64,000 nt of DNA from an uncultured Gammaproteobacteria bacterium (GCA_964424615.1 CAYRIU010000046.1:525-64524), one strand, 5' to 3'. Shown: positions 1 through 11,153, counted from the stretch's first letter. Numbers and translations are program-made. The notes: generated from the sequence alone by a model not told the origin.

Positions 1-1147
1 CCAAAGTAAATATCAATTTGAAGGCTATGATATCGCTAGGTATAAAAAATAAAGCAAAATAAATCAATAAAATTGCCAATAGTTTGCCCAAAACTAAACT
101 CATTTCAAAAAATACTACTTTGGTCATGATGTGCTGATGACTATCACTATGCACTATCTTGGCCCTATCATAAGTGATGGCCGTCAATGGCACGCTGAGA
201 GTATTTTTACCCAAACGTGAAAAAGTATCTAGAAAAAATACACCAGTAGCATTGGCAACAAATATTCTAATAAACCAAGATAGAGAATAAAAAGCACTAC
301 TTAAGGACAAAATATTTTTTTTATTGTGCTGATCGGTCAGCTGACCGACATACATAGTGATCAAAGCCGTCACCAAAGTAGCCAAGGCAATAATAGCACC
401 CATATCAAAAGCATCAGCTATAATAGTAGAGATAAACACTGGCCAAATAACCAAAACTATAAACTCCTCACCAAAACCTAGGTAAGCCAATAATTCTTGT
501 CGGCGTTCTTTTTTGAAAAGTAATTTGAAACTATTGGTATAGCTAAATGATTCTGGTGTAAAAACTTCCTTGGTCAATAGTGGTGGTATATTTGATACAA
601 AAAATATTATAGAAACCACAACAAACAGCACATTGAAACCAAACTGCGAGATGATCAAACCAGCTAAAGCTGGACCGATGATATACATCAAGGAAGTAGC
701 TACATTCATAAAGCTAACTTCTTTGCCCTCCTCTGTCTTGCCAATATACTTAGCAAAGTTGGCATGATAAGCTGGCCAATAAAATAATTTTTGCAAAGTC
801 AAAATGATGGCAGCCACATAAAACAACGATGGCACAAACTGCACAAAATACAAACTAATATAAAATAAAGCATATAGACAACTGCCTACTGCTAGACTGG
901 CCTCATAACCATAACGCTTCGCAAATTTGGCACCAAATGGCACCAAAAAAAGATAGCCCACATAGGTCACCAAATAAAACAACACTATTTTTTGTAAAGA
1001 ATACCCTATATCATATAGATATATAGGCTCCCAAAACATGACCATGGCCAAACCAAAATTGACAATAATAGTAGAAATATATAGTTCACGCACTTCTTGA
1101 CGCACCTTAGATGGAAATAGTGATGTAAAAAAACCCATGTGTAGCAT
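1..1147 (-). CDS. MFS transporter (3' end runs off the window)
   Basis: Manual translation MLHMGFFTSLFPSKVRQEVRELYISTIIVNFGLAMVMFWEPIYLY...; many TM helices, open to the window edge; missing from the ORF track because it has no stop in the window. Confidence 0.8.
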   Translation of the reverse strand, partial: MLHMGFFTSLFPSKVRQEVRELYISTIIVNFGLAMVMFWEPIYLYDIGYSLQKIVLFYLVTYVGYLFLVPFGAKFAKRYGYEASLAVGSCLYALFYISLYFVQFVPSLFYVAAIILTLQKLFYWPAYHANFAKYIGKTEEGKEVSFMNVATSLMYIIGPALAGLIISQFGFNVLFVVVSIIFFVSNIPPLLTKEVFTPESFSYTNSFKLLFKKERRQELLAYLGFGEEFIVLVIWPVFISTIIADAFDMGAIIALATLVTALITMYVGQLTDQHNKKNILSLSSAFYSLSWFIRIFVANATGVFFLDTFSRLGKNTLSVPLTAITYDRAKIVHSDSHQHIMTKVVFFEMSLVLGKLLAILLIYFALFFIPSDIIAFKLIFTL

Positions 1148-1171
1148 ATGCTTGCCTATTTAAAAAAAATA

Positions 1172-1777
1172 TTAATTAATAATAATTTTACCCTGACGCA
1201 AAACCTCCACTGCGCCTGCTTCTATTTTGATGATAGTAGAAGGTGGGGTCAATGGTAGATTGCCAGCATTGATCAATAAATCTGGCTGTATATCTAGGTG
1301 AGCAAATTGCTCTTTGATGTGATCCACGCTGTACAATGCCTCTCTACCAGATATATTGGCCGAAGTACTGACCAAGGGCATCTGACTGATACGAGTCAAT
1401 TTTTGACAAAAGGTATTACTAGAAATACGCAAACCCAAAGTCTCAGGAAAATATTTTTTCTGACCATAAAAGCGACAAGGTAAAACCATGGTCAAAGCAC
1501 CTGGCCAATATTTGGCAGCCAACTGCCTAGCCTGATCATCAAAAATTACCAATTTTTCAGCCATGGCTAAATCAGAGACAATAGCTGTCAAAAATTTATT
1601 CTCTGCCCGTTGTTTTATGGCATATACTTTGGCTACTGCCACATCACTAAAATAATCAGCGCCCAAACCATAGGCAGTCTCAGTAGGATAGACAATCACT
1701 CCCCCCGCAGCCAAAACCTTGACCGCCTCAGCAATTATCTCGTCTAAATTATTGTGCTGCAAAAATATTTCCCTCAT
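1172..1777 (-). CDS. tsaC: L-threonylcarbamoyladenylate synthase (YrdC/Sua5 family)
   Basis: YPTETAYGLG, K-x-R, WPGALT and STSANISG motifs. Confidence 0.93.
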   Translation of the reverse strand: MREIFLQHNNLDEIIAEAVKVLAAGGVIVYPTETAYGLGADYFSDVAVAKVYAIKQRAENKFLTAIVSDLAMAEKLVIFDDQARQLAAKYWPGALTMVLPCRFYGQKKYFPETLGLRISSNTFCQKLTRISQMPLVSTSANISGREALYSVDHIKEQFAHLDIQPDLLINAGNLPLTPPSTIIKIEAGAVEVLRQGKIIIN

Positions 1778-4203
1778 TAGACCACTAAACTAATAATTTT
1801 ATTTTTGACGTAAATAAATTTTTTTACACTAGCACCATTCAAAGCTTGTTTGACTTTTTCCCTAGACAAAATTTGCTCCTGCAAATCGGTACTATCCTCT
1901 GTATCCAAAGGCAACTCAATGGTATCGCGTAGCTTGCCATTGATCTGAATACCGACGGTGATCAATTTATTTTGTAATAAAGCTTGATCAAACTTTGGCC
2001 ACTGAGCTTTCACAATACTATCTTGGTGACCAAGTTGTTGCCACAATTCTTCTGTGATATGTGGAGCAAAGGGGCTGAGCAAGATAATAAATTTTTCAAA
2101 AACATCCTGTGATACCTGCTCTAATTTATCAAAAGTATTCAACAAAATCATCAGCTGAGAAACTGCGGTATTAAAACGCATAGCCATGATATCATCGCCT
2201 ATTTTTTTGATACTCTGATGCAACAAGCGTTCTACTTCTTGGTCTAGCTGGACATCAGGAGCTATCCTGTCTTGCCAATCCCAAACTCTGTTCAAAAATC
2301 TGACCAAACCAGACACGCCTTTGTCATCCCAGGCCATCGACTGATCAAAAGGTCCCATGAACATGATATACATACGTAAAGCATCTGCCCCGTACTGCTT
2401 AACATAATCGTCTGGATTGACGACATTGCCACGAGATTTTGACATTTTGACACCACCACTACCCAAAATCATGCCTTGAGCAGTGCGCTTGCGATATGGC
2501 TCTGACCCTACTTCTTTTGGTATCGCGCCAATGTCATACAAAAACTTAAACACAAAACGAGACTACAAAAGGTGCAAAGTAGTATGATCATTGCCACCGT
2601 TGTACCAATCAACAGGTAGCCAATATTTGATTTTTTTTGGATCAGCTAGCTGCTTATCATTCTTGGCATCAGTATAGCGTATAAAATACCAATTTGAGCC
2701 AGCCCAATTTGGCATGGTGTCGGTTTCTCTCCTGGCTTCACCACCACATTTTGGACAAGTAGTCTTAGCCCAATCCTCTAGCTTGGCTAATGGTGACTGG
2801 CCTTCTGGACCTGGCTTGAAATCTTTGATATCTGGCAAGACTAGTGGCAAATCTTTTTCAGATAATGGCTGCCAATCACATTTACTACAATAAACCATAG
2901 GGATAGGCTCGCCCCAATATCTTTGTCTAGAAAATATCCAATCATGTAGACGATAGTTGACTGTCACTTTGCCAACTTTATTTTTTTGTAATAAATTCAA
3001 AATTTTTATCTTAAAATCATCGACAGTCAAACCAGTAAATTGACCAGAATTTATCATCACTCTACCATTGAGTGCCGGATAAGCCTCAACCGTAAGATCT
3101 CCTCCCTCTATCACTGGCACGATAGGTAGGTCATATTTTTTGGCAAACTCCCAATCCCTCTGATCATGAGCTGGTACAGCCATGATAGCTCCAGTGCCAT
3201 AGCCCATAGTCACATAGTCAGCTACAAAAATAGGTATTTCTTCTTTGCTGACAGGATTGATGGCTTTGAGGCCTTTTAGCTCCACACCAGTTTTATCTTT
3301 GGTGTTATCTGCTCTTTCTAGATCAGATTTTTTGGCAGCTTGATTGATATAGTCCTCTACTTCTGAAAAATTACTAATCTTATCAGCCAGCTGTCTGACT
3401 AGAAGATGCTCAGGAGCTACCACCATAAAAGTCACACCAAATAATGTATCTGGACGAGTAGTAAATACTTTTAATTTTTCGCCCGAATCACTCAGTGCAA
3501 AATCAATCTCTGCACCCTCAGAGCGACCGATCCAATTTCTCTGCTGAACTTTGATCTGCTCCAAAAAATCTACTTTATCCAAATCTTCAATCAAACGATC
3601 GGCATACTTGGTAATTCTCAAGAGCCACTGCTCTTTTTCTTTTTTCTCCACTGCACTACCACAACGCTCACAATTACCACTGATCACTTCTTCGTTGGCG
3701 AGTCCTATCAAACAAGAAGGGCACCAATTTATCTTTTCTTTGGCTTTGTAAGCTAAACCATTTTTCCACATTTGGATAAAAATCCACTGTGTCCAGTGAT
3801 AATAGCTTGGATCAGTAGTCTCCAAAAATCTAGACCAATCAAAACTATAGCCAACCAATCTTAACTGACGAATGTAATTATCAATATTTTTTCTAGTGGT
3901 CTCTTGGGGTGGGATATTTTTTTTGACTGCATAGTTTTCAGCTGGCAAACCAAAAGCATCCATACCCATAGGATAAAGAACATTCTTACCCAAAAAACGC
4001 TGATAACGAGCAATCACATCCATAGCAGTATAGGAGCGCAAATGACCAGCATGCAAGCCCTCGCCAGATGGATAAGGAAATTCTACTAAACCATAAAATT
4101 TCTCAGATCCCTGATCGGCTGATAAAAAAGTATTGTTTTCTTGCCAATATTTTTGCCACTTTGACTCTATTTTACTTGGCTGATATTTTGAAAATTTACC
4201 CAT
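1777..4203 (-). CDS. leuS: Leucine--tRNA ligase, interrupted by one in-frame TAG at 2563-2565
   Basis: FPYPSGEGLHAGH (HIGH), FTTRPDT, GTGAIMAVPAHD and KMSKS; the two track ORFs are in the same frame and join as HLL*SRF; likely start ATG 4203. Confidence 0.93.
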
Positions 4204-4258
4204 AATAATGCAAAAATTATGAAATAATTCTACCATTTAGCTTAGCAAAAATCAACTT

Positions 4259-5719
4259 ATGACTAATTCCCACTCCTCGACAAAAAGACCTGATTATGAT
4301 ATAGTAGCTATTGCTAATAGTGCCTTATCAATAAGTTATAATATTATTAGTATATTCATCAAAAAGATATTTACCAGATTGGCTATCAAAATAGCTGATT
4401 TTTTGATTTGGTCAAAAAGAAAAATGCCATTTGTTTTTCGACCATTGTTTAAACTTATTTCACTAATACTCAAAATAATTTTTTTACCTTTTGTACTTTT
4501 GATTTATAAAAATATTGTTTTGATAAAAATAAAACTAAAGAATAAAAAAATAAAGGATACTGCCTTAATAATATTTATCCAAAAATATTTAGCTGGCACT
4601 GTCATTGCTCTCATCATCATAGGTACTACTACTAGCAATATCTTTGCCCAAAACTATAGTACTGATGAATACGCCCAAAAGACACTACTCTCTACTTTGG
4701 TAAAAAATGACTCAGCTAGCTGGAGTGAAATCATAGAGGAAAAAGCGCCTGTCGCTAGAGTAGTCACTAGTCCCAACTATATTGCTGGTACTGATGTACT
4801 ACAAGAACCGCTGAGCAACAATACTGGTAATAGCAATAGTGGTGAAATTATCACCCTATCACCAGACGCCACTAGCTTGGTCATGCTCAATTCTGATGAA
4901 GATATACTGGATGTGCCTGTGCCTGGTCGCACTGAAAACATAGACTATATAGTACAAGCTGGTGATACCTTGAGTGGTATTGCTCAAAAATTTGACATCA
5001 CAGTCAACACCATACTCTGGTCAAACAATCTAACATGGAATAGCACCATAAAGCCAGGCGTCAAACTAGTCATACTACCATCCTCTGGCTTGAGCTACAC
5101 CATACAAAAAGGAGACAACTTAGCGGCTGTTGCCAAAAAATATCAAGCTGATGTTGATAAAATATTAGCCTACAACAACCTAGACAGTGTCTCTGCTATC
5201 AAAGCTGGCAATACCATATTCATCCCTGATGGCATCAAGCCAACGCAAGTTGTCTCATCTTACAAGGCACCAAGCTTGGCTAGCCAACCAAAGCCTACTG
5301 CTAATACAGCTACCTATGGCGATGATGAGTTGCCTCCAGCTAGCGATCTATCAGCCAATACAAAATTCTTGTGGCCAACACTTAGCCACAGAATCACTCA
5401 ATACTTTAGTTGGGTACATACTGGTCTAGATATCGGCGACAAAGTCGGCAACCCAATCTACGCGGCGGATGATGGCAAGGTGCAGATATCTGGCTGGAAT
5501 AGTGGCGGTTATGGTAACTATGTAATCATCAACCATGGTAATGGTCTACATACTGTCTATGGACACGCTAGTAAACTTCTAGTAAAAACTGGCGAAGTAG
5601 TCACTCGTGGACAAGTGATAGCTCTCATAGGCTCCACTGGCAGATCAACCGGCCCACACTTGCACTTGGAAGTCAGGCTCAATGGTACTAGGAAAAATCC
5701 TATTAACTACATCAAATAA
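4259..5719 (+). CDS. LysM + M23 peptidase (murein endopeptidase), membrane-anchored
   Basis: Two LysM repeats (YIVQAGDTLSGIA, YTIQKGDNLAAVA); HTGLD and HLH M23 motifs. Confidence 0.9.
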   Translation: MTNSHSSTKRPDYDIVAIANSALSISYNIISIFIKKIFTRLAIKIADFLIWSKRKMPFVFRPLFKLISLILKIIFLPFVLLIYKNIVLIKIKLKNKKIKDTALIIFIQKYLAGTVIALIIIGTTTSNIFAQNYSTDEYAQKTLLSTLVKNDSASWSEIIEEKAPVARVVTSPNYIAGTDVLQEPLSNNTGNSNSGEIITLSPDATSLVMLNSDEDILDVPVPGRTENIDYIVQAGDTLSGIAQKFDITVNTILWSNNLTWNSTIKPGVKLVILPSSGLSYTIQKGDNLAAVAKKYQADVDKILAYNNLDSVSAIKAGNTIFIPDGIKPTQVVSSYKAPSLASQPKPTANTATYGDDELPPASDLSANTKFLWPTLSHRITQYFSWVHTGLDIGDKVGNPIYAADDGKVQISGWNSGGYGNYVIINHGNGLHTVYGHASKLLVKTGEVVTRGQVIALIGSTGRSTGPHLHLEVRLNGTRKNPINYIK

Positions 5720-5782
5720 AAAGCTAAAATAAAAATCACCCAAAGATTTATCAATGGGTGATTTTTTATTAAATTATATTCA

Positions 5783-6175
5783 TTAGCTCTGCAACCACAA
5801 CAACAAAATACCTAACCAAGAAACATTAAACAGTAAAAAGCTAAACCAAGGTTTGACATTGAATCTTTTATTGATCGGAATCACCAAAAAAGACCAAGCA
5901 ATCAACAAAAATAATATACCTAGGCTATTAATCCCGCGATCAATGTATATACCAGAAAAATAATATATCACCAAAACAAATAATATAGTATTAATCAAAG
6001 CAAAAACAGCAGCCACAATATCATATCGTGTCTGCATGTTTCTCTTGAGTAGATCCATACTCATTTCTAAAAATGTAGAAACAAAAAAATAAAAAAATAA
6101 ACTAACAAATATAGCCCAAAAAACAAAACTCAAATAATCACGATAATCTAGATAAAAATTTACTAGCCACAACAT
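5783..6175 (-). CDS. hypothetical membrane protein
   Basis: About 4 hydrophobic segments, 130 aa. Confidence 0.65.
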   Translation of the reverse strand: MLWLVNFYLDYRDYLSFVFWAIFVSLFFYFFVSTFLEMSMDLLKRNMQTRYDIVAAVFALINTILFVLVIYYFSGIYIDRGINSLGILFLLIAWSFLVIPINKRFNVKPWFSFLLFNVSWLGILLLWLQS

Positions 6176-6270
6176 ATATTTATAAAATAATTATACCATA
6201 AAATCATTGCTTATCAAAAAACCAGATCACACTATAGGAGTTTGATCTGGCGGTAAATATTTATCAAAAA

Positions 6271-6735
6271 TTATGGTTTGACCACGGTCCAAAGATTATT
6301 GACATTCTGACCGTTGGTATCTCCGGGTTTTAAGTCTTTGACATAGAGATATAGAGGCTTACCCATATAGCTCACTTGTAAAGTTTTATCCTCTCTCTCA
6401 AAAGTTCCCAAGGCACCAGGAGCTGATTTATCAGCTAGACCATTGTGCAGGGTCAAAAATGGTGGCCAATTTTTAGCACATTCGCCAGTGCAGCTACTCT
6501 TACCGTTTTTATCAGTTTTGAACTGATAAAGAGTGCGACCTTGTTTATCAACCAAGAAAGATCCCAAGGTAGCATTACCACCGGTTTTTAAGAATACAAT
6601 TTTGGCATTCTTGACTTTATTTTCGTAGCTATTGCGAAGACCTGGTACTAGTGACCAGAGCAAAAAAGCTGCACCAACAAAAGCAAAGAACAAAGCCATT
6701 GTTTTCCAAAAATTAAATTTAACTTTTTTTGCCAT
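6271..6735 (-). CDS. secreted repeat protein (Lipoprotein_15 / Y-x4-D repeat family)
   Basis: GRTLYQFKTD...SSCTGECAKNWPP...PLYLYVKDLKPGDTNGQ repeats; N-terminal TM. Confidence 0.85.
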   Translation of the reverse strand: MAKKVKFNFWKTMALFFAFVGAAFLLWSLVPGLRNSYENKVKNAKIVFLKTGGNATLGSFLVDKQGRTLYQFKTDKNGKSSCTGECAKNWPPFLTLHNGLADKSAPGALGTFEREDKTLQVSYMGKPLYLYVKDLKPGDTNGQNVNNLWTVVKP

Positions 6736-6886
6736 AAATATTTGTTTTAATTATTTATTTTTATAAAAGGATCGACCTTTCAACGTCGATAATATTATAA
6801 CATTTTTTTGAAAATAAAAAAATAGCTACCAATAGATAGCTATCTTTAATAACACATTACTAACAAAATTTTTATAATTTACTAAT

Positions 6887-7276
6887 CTATTCAGCCTTAA
6901 AATTTAAAGCTACCGAATTGATACAATATCTCTTGTGAGTAGGTTCTGGACCATCATCAAACACATGTCCCAAATGTGAGTCGCATCTAGCACACAAAAC
7001 TTCGGTGCGTTTCATGCCCAGAGAATCATCTGGACGCTCTATGATATAATTTTGGTCCAATGGTGAAAAATAGCTTGGCCAACCAGTGCCAGAATCAAAT
7101 TTGGCTTCCGAACGAAACAATGGTAAATCGCAAGCTGCACAATGATATGTGCCCAATTCTTGCTTTTCCCAAGCACATGAAAAGGGAGCCTCTGTACCAT
7201 GCTGACGCATGACGCTATACTGCTCCGGAGTCAATATAGCCTGCCATTCTGCTTCCGTTTTATTTATCTTATCCAT
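6887..7276 (-). CDS. msrB: peptide-methionine (R)-S-oxide reductase
   Basis: KFDSGTGWPS, HLGHVFDDGP and RYCINS motifs. Confidence 0.96.
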   Translation of the reverse strand: MDKINKTEAEWQAILTPEQYSVMRQHGTEAPFSCAWEKQELGTYHCAACDLPLFRSEAKFDSGTGWPSYFSPLDQNYIIERPDDSLGMKRTEVLCARCDSHLGHVFDDGPEPTHKRYCINSVALNFKAE

Positions 7277-7284
7277 AAAATATA

Positions 7285-8601
7285 TTAGTTAAACAAGGTG
7301 TAAAATAAACCTACAACTGCAGCGGTCATAAAAATAAATGTCAACCAAACTAAAAAGCGTGATAAAAAATTACCACTATAATTACCCAATATTTTTTTAC
7401 TGCCATTTATCTTGGCTACTACAAACAACAATGGTACTGCTGCTACACCATTAAATACTGCTGTAAATACCAAAGCTTTAAATGGATTAATGCCAATAAA
7501 ATTAATCAATAAACCAATAAAAGTAGAAGCGACAATCACGGCGTAGAAACCCTTGGCTTGACTAAATCTTCTATACAGGCCTTCTTTCCAGCCCATAGCC
7601 TCTGCCAAAGCATAGGCAGCTGAACCAGCTAAGACTGGAATACCTAGTAGACCCAAACCTATAATACCCACCGCAAAAATATCTTTGGCTATCTGTCCAG
7701 AATTGGGAAATGACTGTACTAATGGCTCTAGAGCCCTAGCAGCATCGGCAGCTGAGTTGATATCCGTGATACCATTTTTGAAAAATACGGAAGCTGCAGT
7801 AATGACTATAAACCACTGACCAATCTGTGACCACAGCATACCAACAGCCGTGTCTACTCTCATGTTGCGTAAAAATTTTTTCAAACCATGGGGCTTACCA
7901 CCTTTTTGTGGTAAATTGTGATGTTCTATCTCCTCTTCCACCTCTTCAGAAGCCTGCCAAAAAAACATGTATGGTGTGATAGTGGTACCAAATACACCAG
8001 TGATAATAAATAAATAATCAAAATTAAACTGTATATTCGGTACAAAAGTAGCTACCCATATTTCTGACCAAGAATGTTCTATGATCAAAGCAGTAAAAAT
8101 ATAAGCTACCAATATCATGGCCAACCATTTCAAAAATTTTACATATTTTTTGTAGCTGACAAAAACTTCTAACCAAACTATCAAAACTGAAAAAATAATA
8201 GCATAAAAAGCAAAAGGTAAATTCCAAACTAATTCTGCGGCCGACGCCATAGCACCTATGTCAGCTCCGATATTTATAGTATTAGCAATGACTACCAAAA
8301 ATACCACCGCTGATAATACTTTTTTGGAAAAATTTTCTTTGACCACTCCAGCTAGACCCTTGCCAGTCACTGCACCGATACGCGCACAAGTCTCTTGGAT
8401 AGCAATCAAAAGCGGTAGCTGATACAAAGAAGCCCACAACTGACCAAAACCAAATTGCGCACCAGTCTGTGAGTAGGTGGCAATACCAGACGGATCATCA
8501 TCAGCTGCACCAGTAATAAGGCCCGGACCCAAAATACGTAAAAAACGACCCATCTTAGTAGATCTTTTTTCATTTAAATTTTTTTCTTTATTTTTAGACA
8601 T
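7285..8601 (-). CDS. Nramp-family divalent metal transporter
   Basis: LGPGLITGAADDDPSGIATYSQ and GTTITPY motifs. Confidence 0.88.
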   Translation of the reverse strand: MSKNKEKNLNEKRSTKMGRFLRILGPGLITGAADDDPSGIATYSQTGAQFGFGQLWASLYQLPLLIAIQETCARIGAVTGKGLAGVVKENFSKKVLSAVVFLVVIANTINIGADIGAMASAAELVWNLPFAFYAIIFSVLIVWLEVFVSYKKYVKFLKWLAMILVAYIFTALIIEHSWSEIWVATFVPNIQFNFDYLFIITGVFGTTITPYMFFWQASEEVEEEIEHHNLPQKGGKPHGLKKFLRNMRVDTAVGMLWSQIGQWFIVITAASVFFKNGITDINSAADAARALEPLVQSFPNSGQIAKDIFAVGIIGLGLLGIPVLAGSAAYALAEAMGWKEGLYRRFSQAKGFYAVIVASTFIGLLINFIGINPFKALVFTAVFNGVAAVPLLFVVAKINGSKKILGNYSGNFLSRFLVWLTFIFMTAAVVGLFYTLFN

Positions 8602-8684
8602 AAATAATGTTTATTCAAGCATCTAAAGTATAACAAAAAACTGCCTTTTTGGGCAGAGTCTATTCATAATAAACAATTTAAAAA

Positions 8685-9575
8685 CTAAATCAAAATAATA
8701 TACACACCTATAAACATAATGGCTGCACCTATGATTTTCTTAATCAATATCAAAGCGGAAATATCTTCTTTGATAATATTGGGTATCAAAAGAGTTAAAA
8801 TCGCACCAATAATAATGGAATAAAATGACTGTACCTGCATCAATACTGTGACCAAACCTACAGACGGGGCAATAACCAAGGCTTTTTTTATACTCATTTG
8901 ACCAAAAAAATCTAAAATATTATTCCAAAAAAACCAAATATATTTTCCGGTTGATGCTGTTGTTATGCCCCTGATAACTTGTCTTCTTATAGATGGAATA
9001 ATAAATAATAACAATCCTGCCAAGGCTGAGCCTAAATTATCAAGCATAAAATAATGCCAAAATGACATTTTGGTTAAACCATAATCAATGAATAAGGTCA
9101 TCACCGACCACATGATGATCGCTATCAGTATCATACCAAAACCTTTAATAAAAATTTTACCAATTCTTTCAAAGGAAATTGCAGTTGCACCAACTAGAAC
9201 AATTATAAATCCAACGAGCTCATTTGATGAGAGTGTTTGTCCTAAAAATATAAAAGCCAAAATTACAGTGATGACTGGTACAAGTTTAAAAAGAATAACC
9301 AAAGATGAAGTGTCACTTTGTTCCAGTGCTTTACCATAAAAACCATAAGAATAAATGAGTATTATGCCAGTCGCGATTGGTATTAGAGAATAAATATTTA
9401 ATACTGGCAGGCCGACAAACATAAAAATCAGAACAAAAAAAATCCAACTGGTAATTGTTGAAAAAAAAATAAAATCAAAAATTCCTTTAGTATACCTACC
9501 CAGTATATACTTATCAACAAAATTAGATAAGGCCCAAAATAATGGCGCAAGTAAGGATAAAAAAACCCAATTCAT
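8685..9575 (-). CDS. EamA/DMT-family transporter
   Basis: Two 5-TM EamA-like repeats. Confidence 0.8.
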   Translation of the reverse strand: MNWVFLSLLAPLFWALSNFVDKYILGRYTKGIFDFIFFSTITSWIFFVLIFMFVGLPVLNIYSLIPIATGIILIYSYGFYGKALEQSDTSSLVILFKLVPVITVILAFIFLGQTLSSNELVGFIIVLVGATAISFERIGKIFIKGFGMILIAIIMWSVMTLFIDYGLTKMSFWHYFMLDNLGSALAGLLLFIIPSIRRQVIRGITTASTGKYIWFFWNNILDFFGQMSIKKALVIAPSVGLVTVLMQVQSFYSIIIGAILTLLIPNIIKEDISALILIKKIIGAAIMFIGVYIILI

Positions 9576-9699
9576 ATTATACAAATACTATGTCTTAAAA
9601 TTAAAATTTTACTGGTGGAGGCACTTGCCTGCCGGCAGACAGGAAAGCCCACCGACGCCCTACGAACTTTGATGGGTAAATATTCTCACCTATTTTTTA

Positions 9700-9790
9700 T
9701 GGCGGTGGGAGAGGGATTTGAACCCCCGATACCCTTGCGGGTATACCGCATTTCGAGTGCGGCGCCTTCAACCAGCTCAGCCATCCCACC
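9700..9790 (-). tRNA. tRNA-Ser(CGA)
   Basis: GGTGGGATGGCTGAG...CCGCA-CTCGAAA-TGCGG, long variable arm, GTTCAAATC, 3' GCCA. Confidence 0.95.
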
Positions 9791-9946
9791 AATTAATGTG
9801 ATATAAATTATCTTAATAATATTGTTTTTTTAGTGTATTGTAAAGTCAAATACTATACTTTATAATAACAAAGAGGATCAAAGCCCTTAGTTGTCTATAA
9901 ACTACCGAGCAAGTCGTCCATGTTCTACACAACCCAAGGAGAAAAA

Positions 9947-10434
9947 ATGCTACTGCGCATCACCACCCACAGCGATTTGCCTGTGTGCTACTTTCACAAC
10001 AACCGTGTCTATCAATACTATCTCAAGAAGGGCACTTATCTGTGCCGCAAAATCGTCCATCCTTTTGGAGGTGGATTCGATGACTTGATCGTGCTATACA
10101 AGATCCGTCTGCTAGCGACCCTGCACTAGCACCTGATGCTTTGATTGGCCTCAGCCACTCAGCATTGATGACGCATGCCCATCGCTACAGCCAGTTTCCC
10201 GACCAAACCGTTCACATCGAAGAAGTTGCTGATACTCTGATCGCAGAAGTTCTGCTTGCAGCGAGCTCGACAGCTGCGACCAAGCCAATCGGCAAAGTCA
10301 TCCCTATGCCTCTCAGGTCCACACCCAGATTCGCACAAGCCGGAAAAAGTATTCGCTACCAAATCAAAACCACCCAGGTGTCGACTAGACACCGCGTCCA
10401 GAGATTTCACCCAGCTGCCCGTCGAGCTTGCTGA
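9947..10434 (+). pseudogene. GC-richer orphan gene, either one frameshifted gene or two small ORFs (9947-10129 and about 10141-10434)
   Basis: AAGGAG RBS before ATG 9947; second frame is open from 10084 and overlaps the first; terminator-like hairpin ggccaccga...tcggtggcc follows. Confidence 0.45.
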
Positions 10435-10571
10435 GAAATATCAGTAGGCAAACTTCTCCTTGACCATGGCCACCGAGACTCACATCGGTGGCCCTTTCTT
10501 TTTCAAAAAAAGGAGACCATCCGTAGACGATCTCCTAAAAACCAAGTTACCAAGCGAACTGATACCCTGTC

Positions 10572-10946
10572 CTAAGCTGTCTTAGCCACCAGCTCGGCAA
10601 TTGCCTGTCTAGCCACACCCTCCTTGGGCTCGATCCAAACTATGTCGCTCAGTGGCAATACCTTGAAGGTATCGTGACAACAGACGGCGATGGAGCCCCG
10701 GAATCCAGCGGCCTGCAAGGCTGCCAAAAATTTCTCACCAGTATTTGGCAAGAACCCAAAGCCACCGCCCAAGACAACCCAGTTGGGATTGATGCTGACA
10801 ATCCCGTCAACCAGAGAATCAAAATGCAGACTAAACTGCATCACCAAAAGGTGACACGGCATGACTGCTGGGTCTCCCACCTGGAGCAAAGACCGCATGT
10901 GCCTAGGATCTTTATCCAAGACAACCACGGTAGAACGAGTAGCCAT
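10572..10946 (-). CDS. degenerate receiver (REC)-like domain protein
   Basis: VVVLDKD beta1, NPNWVVLG at the phospho-Asp position, TGEKFL; AGGAGG RBS. Confidence 0.5.
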   Translation of the reverse strand: MATRSTVVVLDKDPRHMRSLLQVGDPAVMPCHLLVMQFSLHFDSLVDGIVSINPNWVVLGGGFGFLPNTGEKFLAALQAAGFRGSIAVCCHDTFKVLPLSDIVWIEPKEGVARQAIAELVAKTA

Positions 10947-11077
10947 TGGAACCTCCTGTGACAACAACTCAAACAGGTGACTCACACACTTGATAACTTG
11001 CGAAGGGAACAAAACAGACAATTATTCTAATAAAATAAATCCTGAAAGTCAATAGAAAAACAGCTTAAAAGCTGTCT

Positions 11078-11142
11078 TGGTGCCGAAGGGGAGATTTGCC
11101 ACCGCCCGCGGGCGGGGTCCCGCTCGTGGCGGGAAACTCCCC
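11078..11142 (-). pseudogene. 3' fragment of a tRNA-Leu with a 36-bp double hairpin inserted in the T-loop
   Basis: tggtgccgaaggggagatttg[11099-11134]aactcccc versus the intact tggtgccgaagagaggatttgaacctcc. Confidence 0.85.
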
Positions 11143-11153
11143 AAAATTATTAT

